Assembly (NCBI GenBank): GCA_964187785.1
Contig: OZ076409.1
Coordinates: forward strand, 10,604,001-10,668,000
Length of the DNA: 64,000 bases
Reading direction: 5' to 3'
Source of the DNA: Amphiscolops sp. MND2022
Taxonomy: Eukaryota
Shown: one piece after another, positions 57,293 through 64,000 of the stretch
Layout: the number at the start of each line of letters is the position of its first letter
Numbering within the stretch: position 1 is the stretch's first letter
Notes under the pieces: generated by a model
The model's database searches: none
What the model saw: the letters and a program-made list of their open reading frames with translations, nothing else
Told to the model about the DNA's origin: nothing
Made by a program: the position numbers and the translations under genes

Positions 57293-58794
57293 AAACCCTG
57301 ATTTATGTCTTCATCAGAGTAGGTTTCTTGATCTTCTTCTTCGGTGACTGCTTGCATAGGGTTCATCGGCTTTTGTTGTCGTTTTAAGTCTTGTCTTCTA
57401 GTTCTGTTGTCATCTTGTGAATTCGTTGCGTATGGAATCTTTCCATATGCAGAACTGCTTTCTTTAAGGACACGTCGTCTGCAATCCCTTGCTGAGTGGC
57501 CTGTGTAACCGCAAATCTGGCAGACCAATTTTGGATTGTATTTCGGCTTATCTGGATCGGCTGCTTTCTTCATTGGGATTGCATCCTCCTTCTTTATGCC
57601 GTTCGCTTCGTCTCGTTGTCGGGCGCGACATTCCGTTTTGCGGTGTCCTGTCTTTCCGCAGTAGAAACATTGTCCTTCAAATCGTTTTCGTTCTGTCGGT
57701 TGTGCGGTCGTCGTTGTTGTTGTAGGCTTCGTCGTTGTAATCGTAGGTGGTGCTGAGGAGGTGACCGCGTTGAATGGTTGGATTGCCGTAGGTGGCGCGA
57801 CGTACTGCTGGTACTGGTATTTTCGCATTAGGTAGGTTTTGATTTCCTCTGGGGAGCTCTCTTCTTTGTTTGCCATGGTGAGCTCTTGTTGAATCTCGAC
57901 TGGCAGTTTTCCAAACAGGAACATTTTGATTATTCTGTCGGCCTCATTGCCGAAGGCTTGTTTGGCAGTCTTCTTGAGATTTTTGAGGAAATCGCCGAAT
58001 GTTTCTGTTGTGGGATCATAGCGTGCTTGATCCCATTTGTAACGGGCCACTTCCTTTAGATCCTCTTTTGCAAATTCTTTTCTGAAGAGGTCGAGTACGT
58101 CCTTTAGTGTTGTCATCGGCGTTATCTGGATGGATTGCCAGTATTCTATTGCGTCATCTCTCAAAAGGCTTTGAAAGAAGTGTAGTTTGTTCTCCTCGGT
58201 GATTTTGTTGGCAAGCGGGCTAAGGTGGTTGTGGAGAAGGTGTTCAAATTCGACGAATTTGTCTTTTTGGCCTCTGAAATTTGGCACGTGTGTCTGCAGA
58301 AGCTTCGTGTTGGTGGTTGTGTTTTTGATCCGTTGGGGGATCGTCTCGATTGCATTGAGCAGTCGTTCCTCATTGCTTCTGGGGGTTGATTCTCCTTCGT
58401 CTGAATCGTCTTCTTGGTAACTTCTGAAGTTGGTGAAGCTGGTGGTCGGGCGGTTGGAGCGGGTTTCTGTAGCTCCTGTCACCATGTCGAACCCAACCGT
58501 GTGGGTCGGCTTTGAAGGACCTTTCGAGGTTGACTGTCGGTTTTCGGTGTCTGTCTTACTTATGACAGCCATCATTAAGTCCTTCAGTTGACTGAACTCA
58601 TTCTGTAGTTCGTTTATCTTTCTCTCATAACTCTGTTTTATTTCAGATAACTGAGACGAGATATCAGAATTCTCGTTGCTATCAGAGTCATTGGCAGAAG
58701 ACTGAGCCATGTCTGGGTCCGTTTGAATGGGTGTTTCTGATGAGGAACTAATAACTCTTCCGCTTCTGAGTTCGGTGCCTAGATCTGGGTTCAT
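57289..58794 (-). CDS. gag: Gag of element C, 501 aa, two CCHC knuckles; start codon inside the 5' LTR
   Basis: CFYCGKTGHRKTEC and CQICGYTGHSARDC; capsid-like HVPNFRG...LHFFQSLLRDDAIEYW; N-terminal coiled-coil-like segment. Confidence 0.96.
   Translation of the reverse strand: MNPDLGTELRSGRVISSSSETPIQTDPDMAQSSANDSDSNENSDISSQLSEIKQSYERKINELQNEFSQLKDLMMAVISKTDTENRQSTSKGPSKPTHTVGFDMVTGATETRSNRPTTSFTNFRSYQEDDSDEGESTPRSNEERLLNAIETIPQRIKNTTTNTKLLQTHVPNFRGQKDKFVEFEHLLHNHLSPLANKITEENKLHFFQSLLRDDAIEYWQSIQITPMTTLKDVLDLFRKEFAKEDLKEVARYKWDQARYDPTTETFGDFLKNLKKTAKQAFGNEADRIIKMFLFGKLPVEIQQELTMANKEESSPEEIKTYLMRKYQYQQYVAPPTAIQPFNAVTSSAPPTITTTKPTTTTTTAQPTERKRFEGQCFYCGKTGHRKTECRARQRDEANGIKKEDAIPMKKAADPDKPKYNPKLVCQICGYTGHSARDCRRRVLKESSSAYGKIPYATNSQDDNRTRRQDLKRQQKPMNPMQAVTEEEDQETYSDEDINQGF
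57292..57298 (-). promoter_or_regulatory. -1 ribosomal frameshift slippery heptamer G GGU UUU
   Basis: CAG GGT TTT TGA at the gag end; pol lies in the -1 frame; GC-rich sequence follows. Confidence 0.8.
58473..58484 (-). other. PBS of element C, tRNA-Leu-like, inside gag coding sequence
   Basis: ...TTCGACA|TGGTGACAGGAG directly after the LTR; one mismatch to the tRNA-Leu(CAG)-type TGGTGTCAGGAG. Confidence 0.65.
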
Positions 58795-60720
58795 AGAGGT
58801 GAGAGAAAAGGAATTATGAGTGAAGACTGGATTCTGGATGATTTTCGATATATTTTACTATTTTGTGCCGTTATTCGAACTCAAATTCACTATTTCTGAA
58901 CTTGAGATGTAAATGCGATGAGTTTTACAGTAAGACAAGGATACTAGTAAAGAATGAGAATAGTTAACGAGGATTAAGTAGAGTTCATCCAAATTTCATC
59001 GAATAGATATCAATCAAGAAATTACTCAGAGTTGTGAAGGTAGCGTTATTTACGATGAATAAGAGATATGTTTTCTAGTTCAAATCTGTCGTAATTCGTC
59101 CAACTGGACAGTAGCTAATCGCAATTTCGGTCTGTGTAAACTCTAATGGCGGTCCAAAATACAGCAGTTCACGTGTCTTTTCGGGCTGGTAAGACGCTAA
59201 ATCTCTTACCAGCCGACTCTTATTGGCTATTGCCAGTTGGTGCTAATTGGTAAGTCACGTGACCGGTGTTGTGAACTGCCGCAAGTTGGCCAAACCACAT
59301 GGTACATCTACATATGCTAATTATGACTAATCATCACTTTACAATGTCGCAATTGCCTGCACACAGTGTCATGGTTTCTATAGCAACTCAAATCATTCAA
59401 TAATGTACTAATTTCAAGTCAAAACAGAGTAAGCTGCATCACAGGATGAGAAAACGATGTTTTTCCAACTAATTCTAGCATTAAAATCAATACTTCAAAA
59501 GCAAAGATGGAAACGCGATGAATTCGTCAGAATATTTGCTGATTTTCAAGTCTAGTTTAGCTCTGGATGAAAATGCGATGAATGGTGGTCTTTTAGCTCG
59601 AAAATCAACACGATATGAACTGACGATGATAAAAGGATGAACTCGTCTTCAAAATGAATGATTTCCAGCACAATTTAAATCAACGATGGTAAAAGGATGA
59701 ACTCTCCTCGAAAATAACTAATTTCCAGCACTAGTGAAATTGACGATGAATTCAGGATGAATTCAGCCAATAAAACAGGTGAAACAGCTAATTCTGCAGT
59801 GAAGACAAATATACGATGACTTTAGGATGAATACATTCAATAAAACAGCAAAATCTAATGAATGAAATTCCAACGATGGGTTTAGGATGAACTCAACTGA
59901 AAATTCGGCTAGTTCTAACGTAAGTTGAACTAGCGATGAATTTACGATGAACTAGTGATGAGTTAATCTAATAAAACAGATATCCAGCACTTCACTCTTT
60001 TTTAGGATGAATTAAGGATGTACTTTCTCATTTCTTGTAGTTTCTGTTCAGGACGATGAAATATAGATGTGTTATGCTCTTTTTAAGAAATGAGAAGCAC
60101 ATTGAAGGTTAATAATCACAAAACGACGATGAGTATAGGATGGCTTTCATGCATTTTAAAGTCCCGTGAGATCCGCTGATGGATCACTAAATAAAATCAA
60201 ATATATGTCCCAAATTTTGTTCACCCGCAATCTTGGCGATGTGATTGCGATGAACCTTGATAATATAGCACCGTAATTTCACTAATAGATCAAGTTGTAG
60301 GATCACTAAGTCCGCTGATGGATTAGTGATGAACTTTCCTGAAATTCGTCACGACTTACAAGTCCTGAGGCGAGGGAGCTAGTAGAAGTTACAGATTCCA
60401 TTATTTCTACATCTCTCGGTCCAGTCTGACCGGAAGACTTCTCTCCCTTATCGTGACAAACCAATATTGAATAAGATAGCACATTAAAAGCTATTGGCAA
60501 GATCATTTGTGCGGACACCGGAATTAGAGCGCTCAGTATTAAGTAAATATATATAGCTCAAACTCAGGGGGGATAGGGATTAAAGTACAAGTAACGTAGG
60601 GTTGCTCACAACCATGGCTCTTATTATATGACATCATATTGCCCATATCTAAGTACATAAGACATAATATTTACATTACAAATATTTAGTAGATTATATT
60701 TCCATCATGCTGGCATGACA
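58485..60720 (-). repeat. 5' LTR of element C (2236 bp)
   Basis: Direct repeat of 41439-43673; TATATATA at ~60547-60555; contains the GATG-N7-GATG array. Confidence 0.97.
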
Positions 60721-60918
60721 CGCGGGGTAAAAAACCAGGATGTTACAAAATTGACTGCATATTTGTGAAAAACTTGGTGTTGATAGCAGGCGGTGACCCA
60801 TCCTGATTGTCAACTTGATTGTAACCATTTTATAGTAACTTTCATTCCACCTGTTGGTTTCTTTCACAAATATTTAACAAGATATTGTTTGAAACAAATA
60901 TCTTCTTCGGCGAGCCTT

Positions 60919-61355
60919 CCCTAGTCAAGACTGCTGGAACTATTTTATATGCCTCATGTATGAATGTAGGGTAATTTTTAAAGGGAGAAGCGCTATAATT
61001 TTAACAGCAAATACGTGGCTATCAATTTTACCGCTAATTTAATGCAAAATAACTTCAGTCGCGTAATAAACGGCAAATTAGCGTGATTTTCAGCGTGCTA
61101 CTTGAGAAGCGGTCATCACATCAGACGAGAGTTGAGAAAACAAAAAAATTGAATACAAACTGATCGTGTCGGTAATATAGTGGAATTTATTTTCAAATTT
61201 AATTGCAGTGGTGGAAAATGCAGCGTAATTGTGCATGATTTACTACCCGAAGTTCACTGAATTTTCTAGGTTGTTTACAAAACTTTGTATGTAAAAAGCA
61301 GCATGTAAAAAGTTGCTGCAGCATGTAAAAAGTTCCTGCAGTTTCGACTAGAGGG
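60919..61355. mobile_element. MITE, CCCT-TIR family, inverted relative to 20506-21051
   Basis: ccctagtcaagactgctggaact ... agttcctgcagtttcgactagaggg termini; internal similarity to the 20506 copy. Confidence 0.7.
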
Positions 61356-63206
61356 AGTATTGCTCCACAAGGAAAAACATAGGCTCCACGGCATGTCGCG
61401 TATGGCCTCGAGCAGAAACGTTCAATGGTCTGAAGTAGGTGCTACAAAATGGGCGTATCCCAGGGTTGAGACCTGGTGAACTTGTATTTTCTCACATCAG
61501 GATATTTTGATGACAGAACTAAAAAGATGAATGAAAAAAATTTTGAGAAAAAACAAAAATGTGTTTTTGGCAGATACCCGAATGTGTCACGATCGAAACG
61601 ATCGAAACTTTGATGGCCCAAAAACTAACATATAGCCTTGCCTGATGTTGTAAGGGAAAATGGTTTTCGTATCTATTTTCGGTTCTGAGAAAAATCAGCT
61701 AGAAGCTGGAAAAAAAGTGGAAAAAATTCAGAAAATTTTTTTCAGCACTTTATTTGCTCAAAAAATTACAGAGCGAAAAAATTTCGACGTCACTTCTAGC
61801 CTAAAACGTAGCCTACAGACCCCTCGTACAATTAACGAAATCATTAACCCCATATTTGGTCTCGGTCATGAGATGTAGGAGATGTTAGTATAAAAGAACC
61901 AAGAAACATTTTTAAAAATCAAGTATTTTTGACATAAAAACGAAGGAGGCATACTTGTTGACGGAAACTTTGTTGGTTCATAAAGTAACCTACATCCATG
62001 CTGTTGTTCTCGAAAGAGAATGATTTCTGTATCTTTTATCAGTTTTTAGAAATATGAGCCACAAATGAGAAAAAAAATTTCGACATTTTTTTTCATTTTT
62101 TTGCCCGAAAGAACTATTATGACAAAACTTTTGACGTCATTTTTAGGCTAAAATGTAGCTTTTGAAACGCTTGTACAATTTACGATACTAAGGACTTATC
62201 ACTCGGGTACCATGGCTTCGAACACTGGGTTGATCCCCGGTTCCATCTTCAGCTTATACAACCGAAGACCCATACATAAATCTGGATGTTTTTGAGCAAC
62301 TTTAATTGGATCATGTTCAAATGTAAAAATGTATAGAAAACGTGCAAGTCATAACGTGACCGTAAAGTGTTTTTCATTCGTGCCAACTAATTTCCATATA
62401 TGGAAACATGGTATGAACTATATGTTAGGCCAATCTGGGAACAAAAATTAGTTTGAACATTGCCGGTAAAATATGGTAAAATGTGAAAATAATTCGCGGT
62501 TCCATAATAAACCTTCGGGCGATTAGAAGCACGAAGTCTAAATGTCATTTCAATTTCTTCCGAATCGCAAGGTAACGCTCCAACTCATGAACAGATAGAC
62601 CTCAATGCAAAACTTTCGATTCAATCTTCTCGAAAAAAAGGAAATTGATTACAAACAAATACGGTATTCTGCCAAATTTTTCTTCACTGTTTTGTTGTGT
62701 GGGTGCAATTTTGATGTAGGATGCGTTCGTTCCGTTTTGTTGTGCCATGATCGTTGTTTCAGCTTTATGCGGCTATAAATTTTTGCAAGATAGAAAACAC
62801 CTTTTGTTCGAAGCTACAAAGTAGATCGTTTATCACCGAGTGATCTTCATGTGTGTGCTGATACCGAATATACAAGCAGTTTATTGCTATTTGTGGCTCT
62901 CAATCTTTTCCACCAAAAACATTAGAGACAAAAGAAGCCGTTTTTAGTTAAATCTGGCCCACCTAATGATCTACAGAACCATATATGGGGCCAGATTATT
63001 TTGATTACCTTTTCCGTTGTTACCTTGGTATTATATAAGTTTAAAATAGTTATGTAACTTAAACCTGAAATCTGGAATTTGAAAAAAAAAAACAATTTAC
63101 TTTGACACCCTATATCTACATTTGAAATGATGATCGTGAAAGTTTGATCAATCATAACTTTCGGCTCGAATTCCTATCATTTCGCAAAACTGAAAAATAC
63201 AGTTCC

Positions 63207-63311
63207 TATAAAACTCTCAAGGAAATTTTCATGCAATAAAATCCAGATTATTCAATATATTGTATAACCTTCTGGATTTTATTGCATGAAATTTTCTTTG
63301 AGGTTTTTATA
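63207..63311. repeat. Short inverted repeat (~41-bp arms), probable mini-MITE
   Basis: tataaaactctcaaggaaattttcatgcaataaaatccaga / tctggattttattgcatgaaattttctttgaggtttttata. Confidence 0.75.
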
Positions 63312-64000
63312 AAATCACGGAAGATTTGATTGGCAACCTACACAATGTGACAGAAAAAGTTCAACCAATTTCAACCAATGTAGCCATACAACGGCCTTGG
63401 TTCTGAATGTCAAATTCCCAATTTTCCAGATCAACAAAAATTCAGTATAATGAATATTGAACAATGTTTGTCTTCTATTAAATCAGAAAATAACTGACAA
63501 AATCATCACATTATTATAATTGGTTCGTCGATTTTTATTGATTTATTGCAAAAATTTCACCTTTTTACTCACGTTTCCGGCTTTAATTTTCAATTTACAA
63601 ATTTTGTAACCAGTGGATGATCAGCGAAATATAAGTAGTACGGCATGGAGCTTAATGATCCGGATACAGTTGATGAAGCCAAAACTGAGGATAGCCAATC
63701 CGGACTCCTGAAGAAACTTCACACAATGCTGCCCCCTCCCCCGGGCATAAAAACCTCAAAGATGTTGCTGAGTACAGGGCCGCATACTTGCCAGCAGAAC
63801 TCACACAACCCTCTGCACTTCTGGTGGCTCGATCCAGACCTCTGGCTCGACTCGGAGGCAGGCCTGGCTAGTGATTGTTCCAGCTGCCGGATGTTCCATC
63901 AAAAACTCAAGTAAATTGATTTTTTTCTGAAAATTTTTTATTTCTCGCAAGTGAAATAACGCCTAATTGCAAAAAAACGTTTGGAGTCCCAATGTCAAGG

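Larger units (their letters stand above)
41439..60720 (-). mobile_element. Element C: complete 19,282-bp Ty3/Gypsy LTR retrotransposon with antisense spliced accessory gene
   Basis: LTRs 41439-43673 and 58485-60720 (TGT...ACA); perfect 5-bp TSD CGCGG (41434-41438, 60721-60725); PBS; intact gag and pol. Confidence 0.98.

Noticed and set aside
63612..63914. GC-richer island with an 89-aa ORF, possible host exon
   Set aside because: Strand and frame are ambiguous and no family is recognisable; needs the next window or RNA-seq.

Overview
AT-rich eukaryotic (apparently invertebrate animal) DNA dominated by Ty3/Gypsy LTR retrotransposons, all on the minus strand. (A) 1-17397: a >17 kb element cut by the window start and a 200-N gap. 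It has a 3260-aa Gag-Pol ending in AT-hooks and macrodomain-like repeats, plus a second >1439-aa same-strand ORF that the ORF track omits because it runs off the window. (B) 34438-39385: a decayed CsRN1-type element whose integrase ends in an ING-like PHD finger. (C) 41439-60720: a young, intact 19.3 kb element with ~2.24 kb near-identical LTRs and a CGCGG target-site duplication. Its Gag starts inside the LTR. It carries an 8-exon intron-containing antisense gene (zinc finger plus a possibly transposase-derived body) and about 60 copies of a bipartite CATC-N7-CATC motif. The gene plus motif array is the strongest candidate for an undescribed system, possibly an element-encoded DNA-binding regulator with its cognate sites. 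Also present: a solo-LTR-like relative (32559-33398), a spliced host TNFAIP8/TIPE-family gene (+, 17949-31766), MITEs, a Helentron-like element and tRNA-derived repeats. All homology calls are by eye; no searches were run.
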